Numbered from the whole stretch's first letter, positions 1-12,301 are shown. The stretch: DNA of 56,582 nucleotides, filler included, from Porpidia crustulata (GCA_964255105.1; 5 parts of 5 records of this genome joined end to end with filler, not necessarily neighbours in it), one strand, 5' to 3'. Numbers and translations are program-made. The notes: generated by a model not told the origin, from the letters alone.

Positions 1-157
1 AACGCTGCCGACTCCCCAAAAAATAAGAAAAAGAGGACGAAAGCCCACTTCTCGGCCTTCACACCGCACACCACCTGCTCTCTCTCTCCCAGTCCAATAA
101 CAGCACGCAGGCCCACGTGGATCTCTCGCGCCGCTTCCACTTCACCTATTCACTATC

Positions 158-2200
158 CTATTCCGTAGACAACAATACCGCCGCGCTAGCGTTTGCGTTT
201 GCGCGCCGTGCTCGTTTTGTGTCCTTGCTCAGATCCTCCTCCTCGTCCTCTAGCCTTTTGGAGCGCGGCGATCCGTGCGCTTCTTCGTGGTGGTGTGCTG
301 ATCTCGACCGATGGGAGGGATTCAGCGGGAGGGCGGTGTTGTCTTCCAAGAAGGTTGGCCGCTTCGGATGATGGGGGCTCGAAGTTGACGTGTTTAGGTT
401 GGCGGGTAGTCTGCGGTTTGCCTTGGTTTTGCTGTCTGAGTTCGTCGGTGTCGGTTGCGATGGCCTGAGGGGGGGTTGTGCGGTGGTTCGAGTACGTTTT
501 CCGGGCGCAGCTTTTTGGTTCTTGGGGATCGAATCATCGGTATCGATCCGTGGCGGAAGTAGCGTGCCGTTTTGCGTCGAGTCGAGGGTTTGACCGGGTT
601 TGTTGGTGCGGTATCTGTGATTCCGAAGGCGGCGTTTTGGGCCAGAAGCTTGTGACTTGCTCGGTTTTTCCACCTTGGATGAGCGTACAGTCCCGAGGAT
701 TCGATCCGCATGTTCTGCTGCGGGTTGTGGCGATTCTGGGACTGCAGGAGGGTGAGCTGCGCTTTCTTTCCTCGCGCCATATTCTTTCGGCCTAGCAATC
801 GCTCCGCGGGGATCAGCAGCATCTCCAGGAACTGATGGTATGCCATTGCTGTCTGCATGCCTATCGTCGACGTCAGGCATTAGCTTCAGTTGGAAAATTT
901 CCTGCCCAGAAGAATGAAGTTGTTGCTTGCCGTTATGGACTGGACTAGGCGGCAGTCCCCATCCCTGACGGTTTGTTTCTCGAATCCTTTCATCCACCTC
1001 GTCCGGATCAACCGGCGGCTCCTCATTCTGACGCTCTTAACGCCGCTCTTTAACGAAATCAGGAGTCGGTGGTCGATCATCAGGGTCGTCTTCATGCATC
1101 CACGTCTTTCCGGGCAGAAGGCCCCATTTAGGATTCCAGATCTTTTCTTGGATCCACATGTTCTTGAAATTTTCGTAGGCCTTAGCGTCGGTGTTGACAG
1201 ACTCGGTCGATCTTTCATATTGGAGTTCATCTCTAATCCATTCACTCTCCTTAGAGACTTGGTAGAGGAACTGGTCGTACGGACGTGATGCAGAGGTGAT
1301 GAGTTGATATCCGGGAGGAAGCATGTCCGTGATACGACGCCAAGAAATGACTATCGACTCTGCGGTAGGAATCTTAATTCTTCTCCGCTTCCGTGGTAGC
1401 GAGTCTAGAATTCCAGGGAAGATTGATTCTGCAAGAGCGGAGGCCTCGGGTATCGACTCCAGCTCCGACTCTGATTCTTCCGAAGGCAGGTATGCTCCAA
1501 TTCCGATTGCAACTCCGGCCCCCGGGTCTGGACTCGGCTCCGGTTCAGCAGAAGCAGCCACCGACTTCTCCCTAGAACACTCAGGCTCTTCTCGTCCCGA
1601 TTCAGTTGCAGGATAATTGAGCCCTGAAGAGATGTCAATGACAGGCCCAGGTTCGGGCTCCGGCTCCGGCTGCGATGGTGCTCGTGCTGGTTCGAGCCTC
1701 TTTTCGTGTCCCCAACGGGCAAGGTTGCCAAGGCCCCCAGGAACACTGGGTCTCCCCTTATAACGCCAGGCGAATATCCCCGATCCTGATTTCCCTATTC
1801 CTTTCGGCCAGGCTGTGCCCCACCATTCCTTCCAAATGCCTTGCTCTACCCATCGGGCCCGGACATTGTTCTCGGCATTCACTTCATAATCCTGCGTCTC
1901 GGCGAGGGGGAGCGTCTGCTTTCGCCCAGATCGCTCTCTCCGGCTCTGATGTTCAAGTCTTTCCACTTCCCTCTTGACTTGGCGTGTGAACTGGAAGCAT
2001 GGCATCGACTGGTCACGATCGTTCCACCACTGGTTCCATTGGGTTTCTTCTTCTACAACGGGATCCTCTCCAGCGGGGCTGTCGGGCTGCGTCACCTCGC
2101 CCGACGATTGATACGGCGGCGGAGATTCGCTGTAGCGCTGGGCTCTCTCGAGGTCGAGTTGCTCCGGTTCGGTTTCTAATCGTTGAAGAGCTTCGATTAT
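158..2200 (-). pseudogene. Fungal protein of unknown function with two W-rich motifs (WVEQGIW..WG..WGHE; WIQEKIWNPKWG..PG..WMHE), interrupted by one in-frame stop
   Basis: ORFs 1037..2332 and 158..997 are in the same frame (offset 879 nt) and read through as ...FVKERR*ERQNEEPPVDPDEVDERIRE...; single TAA at 1037-1039. No ATG near the apparent 5' end (ATA ATC GAA GCT at ~2200); start is approximate. Confidence 0.55.
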
Positions 2201-2559
2201 CCGCGGCAAAACGAGGCTTTGGCGGTTATTGGAGGAGAAGGATATGAGTGGCAGAATATAAGGAAGAGGGTGGTAAGAGGAAGTCGCGAAGTTTATGTGA
2301 AAAGATGATATGCAAAGATGATGTGCGAACAAACGGCGAGAGAGAAAGAGGACTCGGAATTCTTGTCGCAGGAAAATTGCCTCAGTTCTCAGTCGTGTAT
2401 CTAAATGGCTGCGCCATGAACATTAGCTACCTGTGCTTTACACGTCGGAGCGCAAAGGCAGATCAACTTCAAATAAACACGGGCGAAATCTTTTCAGACG
2501 AATTTATAACGAATTTGTTAAGAACGTTTTCAAGAGGTCCCGCCAAGCATGTAGCAAAT

Positions 2560-2890
2560 GCAATATGGGTAGATAGGCTAGGTGATGAGATTCGCTGACG
2601 ATAACGCTCTTTTTGACTTGAATTTCTTCTTTGTCAACAAGAATGTTCATTTCCGCATGAGCGTTAGCTTCGACTTCATCGTCTATATCTTCGCACGTGA
2701 TCGCTTTCTGATAACGAAGATCGAAGCTATCACTGACAAAAAACACTCTAAAGATGATGACAGAAAATGCTCAGAAAATCCAAGAAACAATGACAAAGCA
2801 GACAATGAACAGGCAGAGAAAGAAAGTCATTTCTCAGAAGACCGACATGATGTTTCTGTTAAGTCGAAACATCAAGACGATCAGATCTGC
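2560..2890 (-). pseudogene. Degenerate relic of a hydrophobic (membrane?) protein gene, strongly CC/GG-depleted
   Basis: Minus frame reads DLIVLMFRLNRNIMSVF*EMTFFLCLFIVCFVIVSWIF*AFSVIIFRVFFVSDSFDLRYQKAITCEDIDDEVE; both stops are TGA; translations almost lack Gly and Pro. Confidence 0.3.
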
Positions 2891-4816
2891 TGGCTAGCTA
2901 GGTGTTTAATTAGATAGCCTTCAACATCGTTGAGAATGAGCGTTTGCTTCGTGCGATAATCGTTAGTCGGTGGCATAGAGCAGCGTTGTTGATGAAAGCT
3001 GGACGGAGGATAAGCTGGAAAAGAGTAGAATGGCAATAGAATATAATTGAAATCAATTAACGGCACTTCTTCATCCAGAACATGCCACGTAGAGGCAGTA
3101 AACGGTCAAGCATTCCGAGCCTTTGGCTATTGAATGAGATACTGTCTATTAGTGTCAGTCCTTGACTTTTTAGCGATATTGCCACGCTCTTGGCCGGGTC
3201 GATAGTCAGACTTTGGCGGAGTTTTTACAGGTCAGATGCAGCTTCGATTGTTTCTAGGTAAAATGGCCTGCAGAAGCTATGGGTTGTGATTTGTGATAGC
3301 CAAGGACGAAATAAAGAGGAGCGAAAGGTTGGCGCCATTTTGCAGGGAGACGTGGATGCGTGGGCCCATGCCCATCAGCTTCCCAACCCGGGTAAACATG
3401 TGCCCCTTGGGGCGGGTCGTAGCAAATCTGTCTATAACGAGATCGTGAGAAAAACGAAGAGAAGATCGCCTAGTCATGTTTCTTTACATCTCAAAGGGGA
3501 CTGGCGGTAATGACAGCCCATTAGGTGGGACCTGATCAAAACTCGAAACCGTGGCCAACCACAGTCAAGCATTGATAATTGATCTTGTAGAAGCCAGGAG
3601 TGTCATGCTCGTGTTCTTTGTTACTTACACCCCGGAACTAGAAGAACCTGGTAGTCTGTTTGGAAGCGTGCATCTTGATATTTGTTTCACTTTCCGCCTA
3701 CAAATCGAACGGGAGGACGCGTCTTTCAGACCGTTTTTAGCAGAAGAAACTGAGAGATCTTACGTTAGTCTCAGACAGTAACCGGCTTGTGTTCTTTGTT
3801 ACACTTTTTTTCTTTAGTGATGTGTTTAAAACAATGTCAATTGGTATACATTCAGCCGAATAGATTGGGAGACCTGTTACTATTCCGGAAGGATCAGACT
3901 CCTGTTCTTCGGAAGTTGGCAGGAAATGAACGAGATACATCGATACTCGAAGAAATAGAGAGAGACCTATTATGCTTCCGGATGTGTAAGGCTCGTCGTC
4001 TTTGTTACGCATATTCCGAAGCCTTTTGTAAAGGGCGTCTTGAGTGTGCATAAGATTGGCGACATGCGGTGAACTCGAACAATTGTTTCCTTCGACTTGC
4101 TGTCGAAGAAATTGAGAGATTTACTATTACTTGAGGAAGACTCTTCCCTCAACAGAACTCTGCAAACTTCAACGAAAATTATTTTTTAGGATCACCGCCT
4201 GACAACACTGAGTATGCCATCTAACGCAATTCTGAGTGGTGCGGTAGCAGCCTCTGTCGTCGGAACTGCGGTTTTAACAACGCTTCTCTCGATACTTTTA
4301 TGACCGCGGCGTGAACGAGGACTAGACGATCAGCGTCAGATGAGCGTCTTTGATGCGCGCGAAGGTTTATCGCTCAAGGTACAGGGATTTCAATATGTAA
4401 ACAATATGAGGATAGATTTCGCGGAGTTGTTTGATCTGGATGAAGCACTGCGTGCAAAAGCATTTTCACAAAGGGCGGACTCCAGACACGACAGGAACGA
4501 TGAAAATGTTTGAAGACAGTGTGATTGTCAAAGAGCCGCTTGACGCGAACTTCTTCGTTTCACTACCTTGTCATCCTGCGCATCGACGACCTGCTGCTCA
4601 GCATTTCATCGTTTCCTCAATCTGCGCCGCACTGGATCTTCGAGATGACGCGAGTCTGCTACAAGTCGAGTAGATTACGTGAATTTTGTAAAGACTCTGA
4701 AGCAACACAGTCCACAGTGTATGTACGTTCTTCGTGGGTGACGCATTTTACAAACACTAATCAAGGCTCTATTTTCAGACGATGATCAAGTTCGCGCAAA
4801 TATCCGGCTTTAAAAG

Positions 4817-5170
4817 ATGGCCTCATCTGGGCTTCATACTGATAGTGTGATGAAGTGGGACAATGAAGACGCCGACAAGAATCTGCAAGGTCAGCGCATG
4901 CTCGACTATCTGTGTCGACATCTCGACATCTGGAGCACGTCTGACAGAGACGTTCAGCTTCGGGAGTCGTTGAAACCCGTTTGCAGTTTCGCCGATCGAT
5001 TGGGTCATAAACTGTCGCGTTCGGGACCTCGATACGAGTTCGACTGGCCATCATCCGGGGAATCGCTCAGCATACGCCCAACCGTTCATCAGATGACATC
5101 CGCAACGGGAAAGACGCTTGCCGAAAAGATTGTGGTTCTGGAGGGTATTGTTGTCAAGTGCCGTGTTTAG
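4817..5170 (+). pseudogene. Probable 3' fragment of a decayed hypothetical protein gene
   Basis: Protein-like 117-aa ORF (...FADRLGHKLSRSGPRYEFDWPS...IVVLEGIVVKCRV*) preceded by broken frames at 4300-4800; no family recognised. Confidence 0.25.
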
Positions 5171-5885
5171 AACACCAGCAGCTAGCGGGATCAGAGGATA
5201 TCGCGCCTACGTACTTTCTCCTTTCTCCACGGTGAGAAGATACAGCGGCGGAAATTGTACTTATATTAATGGTTGTTCTCTCATGTGATTCAGGGATTTA
5301 TCTATTCTAGAATAAGTCTTTTGTGTCTTTGGGAACTCATCACTGAACAATGGATAAGCAATGCACAAGTACCTTCGTGAAGCGGAATGGTGGTTATTGA
5401 TACCTACCAACCTTACTATTCTTTAGAAATGTTCCCCCTCTCACCAACATGGATTTTGATGTTCGCTTTCGGATTCCGCTCTAAGATCCTGCAAGGCAGC
5501 GGCGCACGGCATACTACGAAGAATGATAGTGCGAAGAAGCCGAAGAGCACAGATCCCTCAGAAGGTCGCGAAGGAGTCGCAAAGAGATATCGTACATGTA
5601 TGGCGGTACTTGATATATTTTAAGATAGTACGGAGGGTGCGCCCTGCTCGTGTTTCGTTGCCGTGCGCATCAATCACGACGATGTTACCAAGCGCAACTA
5701 GCAAGTTCCAATCATGAGGGTGATAGATATGAACGCTGCAAGTGTTCAGATCTGGTCGGGCGAAGAAGCTGAGGACAGCAGAGGCCATGGAAGCAGTTCG
5801 CCAATTAGTTGACAGACACAAACGAGGGCCTGGACAGCCTGAAATACGTTTTCTAGAGATCCCGGCCCGATAGCAAATGTTATAT

Positions 5886-6320
5886 TGGAAAGCGCTTGCT
5901 ACATTAACATTGTTCTAGAGGCCGTATTTTAATCGAATCTGGGTCTGGATGAAGTCATTGTTGCTGCATTCCCGACAGTTCGCAAAACACAGATCTTGTA
6001 TGATGATGTCCTTCGAGCTGCAGAGAGATTCGACAATATCGTGGACCAGCTTAAGTATCAGCCACTTATTTCATCGGCATGAAGAAGCAGTGATCATGGC
6101 GATTTTCACGTAACATATTACTTACAAGCGAGTCCCCTCGCCAAGATGAGACAAAAGATGAGAAACGAAGATGAATATATGAGTCTTATTGATCTAGTAT
6201 TCCATGCGCGTACCTGCAAAGCCACTGACTTACGGGATAAGGGATTTCGAATCATTGGTCTAGCCGATCCAGAACTTTACGGACTAAGACCTAATTATCA
6301 TTTTTTGTTGATTCCCTAAA
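5886..6320 (+). pseudogene. HET (heterokaryon incompatibility, HET-6-like) domain protein pseudogene, C-terminal portion
   Basis: Manual translation: WKALATLTLF*RPYFNRIWV, frameshift, DEVIVAA...SA*RS...MSLIDLVFHARTCKATDLRDKGFRIIGLADPELYGLRPNY; matches HET-family motifs RPWFxRxWVxQEV and ATDPRDKxYALLGL...PDY. Two stops and one frameshift; absent from the ORF track. Confidence 0.75.
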
Positions 6321-6377
6321 CATATTTCGTGAAACCTCATCTTCTACTTACTACTACTAATCCACCGAGTACAACCC

Positions 6378-7035
6378 TTATTTAAGCCAGAACACCGCCT
6401 CTGCACCATCGCCACACTCCGGTTGTTTCCACATCTCCTTAATCAATATTCCTCGCGCGAAGTAAGCACCCCACTGCTCAATCTGCTCTCCTTGGGCGGG
6501 CCCCTGGAATTGTCCAACATGCGAGATGCGGGCCGAAAGCGGCTCCCAAGCACCGACCTTGTTGACGTGATAGGAGAGCCTGATACCCCATTTTCGGTTG
6601 AGGGAGGGCGTGCGTGTGGTGCTCGTGCCGCACTGTATTGATGGGTGAGTAAAAACTCATCAAAATTTCGGGACTCGATTTACTGTCCGAGGGAGCTCTT
6701 TGCGATTTCTTTGCGATTTGTGCACTTACCGTTATAATCTCTCCGCGTCGAATAATGATTGTATACGGGTACGCACTGTCTGGGTCCCAACGGCTAAAGG
6801 CGAAAGTTTCATTGCTCAGGTCAAGAAATTTTAGCAGACCCTCTTGGCTCCATCTGTATAAAAGGGTGACGACGCCATCTATGGCTCGAAGGTCCGCTAT
6901 ATCGGTTTGTTCGCTGAAGTCTTGGTGAATAATATGTGGATGACCTAATGGCGCTCTTGCATCAAGGGCGAAGTTGACGTCTTGATATCTCAGGGGTCGC
7001 TTAATCTCTAACCTTTTGAATGGAAAGTTTTCCAT
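6378..7035 (-). CDS. Hypothetical protein (~186 aa), two exons 7035-6730 and 6632-6378
   Basis: ATG at 7035 (MENFPFKRLEIKRPLRY...), GTAAGT donor at 6729, CTCAC branch plus CAG acceptor at 6633; exon 2 reads CGTSTTRTPSLNRKWGIRLSYH...GAEAVFWLK* without stops. An extra upstream exon is possible. Confidence 0.65.
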
Positions 7036-7620
7036 AATCAACGTGGAAAGATTCAACTACCTGCAGAGATGTGGTTTAAAAAATCTGCAAAGGGTACTGA
7101 TATGATGATATTGAGAAATGCAGCTCTCAATTGTGTTGAAAACGCTTTGCATATAGAAAAAGTGATAAGGAGCTATACCAAAGCAAACTTAAAAGGGAAC
7201 AAAAGACAAACACGACACATTTCCTGTCTGTGACCTCCTGACAATGAAGGAAATTTTTTGTCACGAAGTCGGAACAAAATTAGATTTAGAATATCTTGAA
7301 CACTCCATTACTGGGGAAACGTTCACGTGTGACTCGTGATCGAATTACCCGTTGAATCTCTTTCTTGAGTCCGTTCATAACATTGTCAAGAAGTGTAATG
7401 ACTCGGTCTTCACTCATTGTTCAATTAGCAGCATCGACTACGCAATCGTCAAAAGAGTGTTTGAGTCGGGCTTTCGATCATCAATAGTGCTCATGGTCAT
7501 AGATGATTGTACATGGAGGGTTCCTTCTATGGTGTCCTCGGCAGAAACCTAAGTCCTATCCATATGATACGCGCGAATCCCAATTGTCCCCCTCGTCATA
7601 CGCCACGGTTGCATCGCAGC

Positions 7621-9146
7621 ATGGAGGAGGGGCCTCTGCTCCCCAATGAGCTCCTTCTCTCTCTACAAAGCTCAGTTCCATGCAGGGAGCTACAGTTTCG
7701 GCAATTAGGTGGCCTCCTAGGTGTGAGTCTTGTCGCAGTCTACTTTTTGTAATACTAACATCCATCAAGTCCCAATTCGCCAGTCCACCAACTCTCGTCA
7801 TCCACGGCTTGGAAGCGACTGGAAAGAGCCTGACTATCAACGATGTTCTTGAATCTTTGGATATACCTTCAGTGATCACTAGTTCAAGACAATGCATCAC
7901 GGCGCGCCACTTATTAGAGCGGACTCTGGCGGCTGTTATTGATGTTCTCGGCGACGAAGATAAGGTAAAAATTGGTACGGCATTTGATGGCAGATGCGAT
8001 AGTATCAGTGCATTTACTGTCAAGTTGCAACGGCTGCTAGAGGGAAGGGGCAAATTCATCTTGGCGTTCGATGGGATTGATCACCAACGGGAAGCGTACC
8101 CTACGCTCCTGCCTGCAATTGCTCGGCTGGGAGAAATTGTACGTTTGATTATAGACTCTCTGTCGACATCACTGAAGCTCTTAGATACCATACCTGACCG
8201 TTATCCTCATTGTCACGTCACCTCGTCCAGGCTTCCTTCAACTAAGAGGGGCACCCCACATCCACTTCCCTACGTATACTCGAGCTCAGAGTATTTCCAT
8301 TATGTCGAAATTCCCTCTTCCAATACACGCGACCTCCAGTAGCGACGCCCGGTTGAGCCAAGTTGGAGACCTCGATCTTGGTAACGAGGAATCCGCTTTG
8401 CTATGGACCCGATTCTGTGGTGCAGTATGGGATTCTGTTGGGCAAGGCGCTGCCCGAGACGTCTCAAGCTTGAAGGACGTTTGTGAAAGGCTTTGGAGAC
8501 CATTTGTAAAACCTATTTTAGATGGTAGTTACGGTGTTCGCGAGTTTTCGAAACTGATGATCAAAAATCGAACCCTTTTCCAAGGAGAATCGGCACTAAT
8601 CGAAAACCTCATTCCTACTAACGAAGAGCCCAAGACCCAGGTTGCGAGAAGTAAGTAGTAAATTTGTGATCTGTGAGTCCTACTAATGATAGCCCTACAG
8701 AACCTCACAACCTTCCTTACTACACTAAATATCTTCTCTCAGCTGCGTACCTCGCATCGTACAACCCCGCCCGTCAAGATTTGACTTTCTTTACCAAAGC
8801 AAGCGAGAAGAAAAGACGTAAAAGAGGAGGCGGCACCGCCGTGAGCCATTTCCGACCATCCAAACACCGAAAGATCCAGCGAAGAATGCTCGGTCCACAA
8901 GCGTTTGTCCTTGAACGACTATTAGCAATTTTTCATGCCATTCTACCACACATTGCTACCTCCGGGAATGCAGACATTATGACACAGGTCGCAACCTTGG
9001 CAAATCTCCGACTCCTGACGAGAACAGCTGGCGGAGGGGACGTCTTGGAAGCTGGAACGAGATGGAGGGTCAATGTAGGTTGGGAATATATCAGGGACTT
9101 GGCGCAGAGTCTCCGATTTGATATCGAAAACTACCTTTTAGAGTAG
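7621..9146 (+). CDS. ORC5: Origin recognition complex subunit 5; exons ~7621-7722, 7770-8138, 8185-8650, 8701-9146
   Basis: PCRELQ N-terminus, Walker A-like GLEATGKS, HFPTYT, and ORC5 C-terminal motifs LPYYTKYLLSAAYLASYNP..D..FF and LGPQAFVLERLLAIF; three canonical GT-AG introns join the ORFs in frame. Confidence 0.93.
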
Positions 9147-9362
9147 ACGAGACTATGGCTATGAAAGCGCCACTAAAGGAACACACTGACCCGGACCTAA
9201 CGTGACGGAAAATATAGTACATGGAGTGACTCATGCGCTTTACAAATGATGAATGCGGTTCATCTTGCCTCAACACTGGACAAGTGCCTGTTCCGATTCA
9301 TTGAGGCATATCATCGACAAGTTCTTGCGACGATCTATAAAACGATTTGGCATACCTTACGC

Positions 9363-10471
9363 CTATCCCGTGGTTTGTCGGACTGACTGATAACCCCTAT
9401 GTGTGCCGCCGTCTAGCTCGATTGGTGGCAACGGCCCCTTGGTGCCTTGCAACTCGCTAGATTCCATCTGCCCGTCTATTTCGTGGATATTTTTGGTGTT
9501 TGCAACAGCATCCAGTTCATTGACTTTAGAGTTCTTCGGAAACTTCTCCGACGTTGGAGAGCGTGTTCGCCGCCGGCGTCGTCGTAAGAAAAGAAACCCA
9601 ATCGTCCCAATTAGCGCAATACCGCCAGCAGCTCCACCAACGGCCCCCCCAATGACTCCAGTGTTGCTTGGCGCTGGGGTGGGTGATGGAGGTGGAGTCA
9701 CCACTATGGAGCTTGTAATTGTTGCGGAAATCGATGACGTCGTGGTTGCAGCACTGCTTGTTGTCGGAGGTATTGGTGAAGAGGTTGGAGAAGTTGTTGA
9801 CGAAGCTGTCGTCGATCTAACCGCTATAGCTTCACCCTGAACAATCCGATATCCGTTCTCACAGCAGACCGCGTCGGTTACACCCGAACCACAGCAAAAT
9901 ATGCTATTATCAGCATGACACTGAGTTACCTGGACGTCGTGGGCAGCCATATCACCATCAGAATCTGGGCCAAGTCACGTATCAGCCAAATTTGCTCGTT
10001 TGGACAAGTCCGCACAATTTCTTCGCCTTACTGGTCCCATTAACACAAAGCTTGATGCAGTTGGGACTGGCCCAAGTTTTATCTGTACAGCTCTCCCGCC
10101 ATAATTGATTCCCACCATCCAGGCACAGACCGTTAGATTGACAAAGATTTCCAATATTAGGTTCCCGGCAACACACTGTGAAAATCGCAAAGTTAGCATA
10201 TATCCTCCGTGCACATGCGTGGGTACAGTGATGAGTTTGCCGTTCTTTTCCGGGTCTTGTACGTGCTGTCTGGTGGAGTTACAGTCATGCTGAAATGGTA
10301 CTTACTGCTGGCTACTGATGGATCTGAACTGCATGACTGATAGGGTGAGTTCGACTCGCCGATATTCCTGTCGGTGCCGTTCCTATTATAGCAGGTTGCC
10401 GAGACAGTCGTAATGTAGCTCGAGCACTGCAGGAATGAGAAAAGAATCAGACCGGAGAGAGGATTAAACAT
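9363..10471 (-). CDS. Single-pass cell-surface protein: signal peptide, Cys-rich ectodomain, Ser/Thr stalk, TM helix, cytoplasmic tail (Mid2/SKG6-like architecture); exons 10471-10306, 10175-10032, 9964-9363
   Basis: MFNPLSGLILFSFLQC signal; TCY..NG / SMCC / CQSNGLC / WRESCTD..W.SP.C..LC / FCCG motifs; IGGAVGGAAGGIALIGTIGFLFL followed by RRRRRR; repeated ELD/EID/ELQG tail motifs; two canonical introns. Confidence 0.85.
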
Positions 10472-11250
10472 TATTGGTGGTGGGTTGTCAAACGATTCAT
10501 CACCAGCAGCCGTATGCGATCGTTGAAGAAGTCGGGGTGTGTGAAGGTGGGGAGATAGTCTGAGTCGGAGGGTTCTCATTAGGATCCTACGCCTCTTCCT
10601 GAAGGATTCTCTAGTCCGTACCGCTTGGCGTCACACACGAAATGATTACCCAATCAGGAGTTGCCCGTAGGGTTATCGATCCCACGCAATCTCATCACTT
10701 GGTTGGAACCAGCTAGTATCGCTAGCGTCATGCACATCCCGTTGGCGTGTTCACGTCTAGCCCTAAGCCTAAGGTACCGTCGCAGTCCACCAGTCTTGTA
10801 CTACCAGACACAAGCGAGTCACACGGGAGACCAATCATCAACATCCGAAAGAGCCTCATTTTACTGCCAGATGAGGCGCTAACAACCTGGAAGATATCGT
10901 GGTATCCAATTCAATTGTGGGACATTCTTCATGGAGGAGCAGCACCGAATCATATCAACCTACGTGCCCACATACTCTACATCTCTTGCTGTCGCACAGG
11001 CTGATAGGCAATGTTTCAGCCTTTCAGTAGATGAGAGGTTGACAAATAAGCCAAAGCTTGAGATCCGTACGTCAATGGTGGTTGTAGACATATTGCTGTC
11101 AGCCTTGTCAAGGCCCAGCTCCTTGCCACCCCCCATGTCATACGGCAAAACGAGGCAAATGTCATGCAGGGTCAAGTGCATGTTGCTGAAACCAGAGACA
11201 TGCAAAGCGCAGTCCGCAGTTCTTCCCTGTCTTTTTCTTTTACATCGCCC

Positions 11251-11350
11251 NNNNNNNNNNNNNNNNNNNNNNNNNNNNNNNNNNNNNNNNNNNNTTAATT
11301 AATTAANNNNNNNNNNNNNNNNNNNNNNNNNNNNNNNNNNNNNNNNNNNN
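11251..11350. other. Artificial contig spacer (44 N + TTAATTAATTAA + 44 N)
   Basis: Identical 100-nt block at all four gaps; TTAATTAATTAA gives stops in all six frames. Confidence 0.98.
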
Positions 11351-12301
11351 AAGCTTATCCATTTGCGTGTGTAGTCGCCGCATCGAGCCATCGATTGCTG
11401 CATAATCGAAACTTCCCTTCACTGTGTTAGGTTTAGTGTAGATCTCGCTGAGCTGTTCGTGACGGTCTTCCGATTGAATGCTGGGTAATCTCGAGTGTAG
11501 CACAGCCGAACTTTCCCGATTCGAAGTAAAACCATGAGCTATCTCTTTATTGCCCATTTCTTCGAATCTTGATTTTGGCAAAAGTTCGCCCTCCTCCTGA
11601 AGAACTTCCATCTGTGCTAACGAAGTTGAATGCTTTCTTTTCTCATTCCCAGGCTGTGCAGCTGGTACGGTAATGGCAGCCGAAGGATACGGCGGCGGAC
11701 TGGAAGGATAGTCCTCTACAGAAGCTAGCTGAGCCCTAACGCCCTTTCTCTGCTTCGGCAACACGCTAGAATTGATTGTAGGAGGCCGAAAGATGTTCTC
11801 CAAGCCGTTTGGAGCAAAAAGATCCGCTTGTTCCCCTGGCCCAATGTTGCCTTTTAAAACCCTTTTCTTCCACTCGGGGGTACCCTGTCGATTTTCACTC
11901 TTCAGCGGCGAGACTTTGTGCTGGACTGTATCTGCGGGCAAGGATCCCGTTGACGCATGTCGTTTCCCCCCAGGTTTCGTACCTGGCTTGGGGCTTCTGG
12001 GCTTCGAAGCGCCAGTGGCTGACTGAGGAAGAGAGGCGTTGAGATTCGAAGCGGTCTTTTCACTGAGGGCATTCTTGAAATTCTTATTGGTGGGCCCAGA
12101 AGTCCTCTTTGAAGATATAGAATCGCTTGGTCCTAGACTGGAGGTTGATCGATGCTTGTAGCGGGGTATGCGACTCTGGGACGCATTGCTGATTGGGCTC
12201 GAAACTCGCTGCGCAGAGGGGCTTCGTGGAACAGAGCCAGAGCGCTCAGATGGGAGTTGAGAGGGCCATTCTTCTGATAAGGTGTCTATCCAATGTTCCA
12301 T
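11351..12301 (-). CDS. cdc11: 5' part of a probable septation initiation network scaffold (Cdc11/Nud1-like LRR protein), truncated by the contig end
   Basis: N-terminal W[IL]D.LSE.W motif and TPEWKKRV..G..GEQ.DLF.P.GLENIF.PP block, recalled from Pezizomycotina Cdc11 homologues; the LRR region is not in the contig, so the call rests on N-terminal motifs only. Confidence 0.6.

Noticed and set aside
7621..12301. ORC5 and the cdc11-like gene as a cell-cycle cluster
   Set aside because: A spacer lies between them; sequence left of the gap does not continue the cdc11-like frame.
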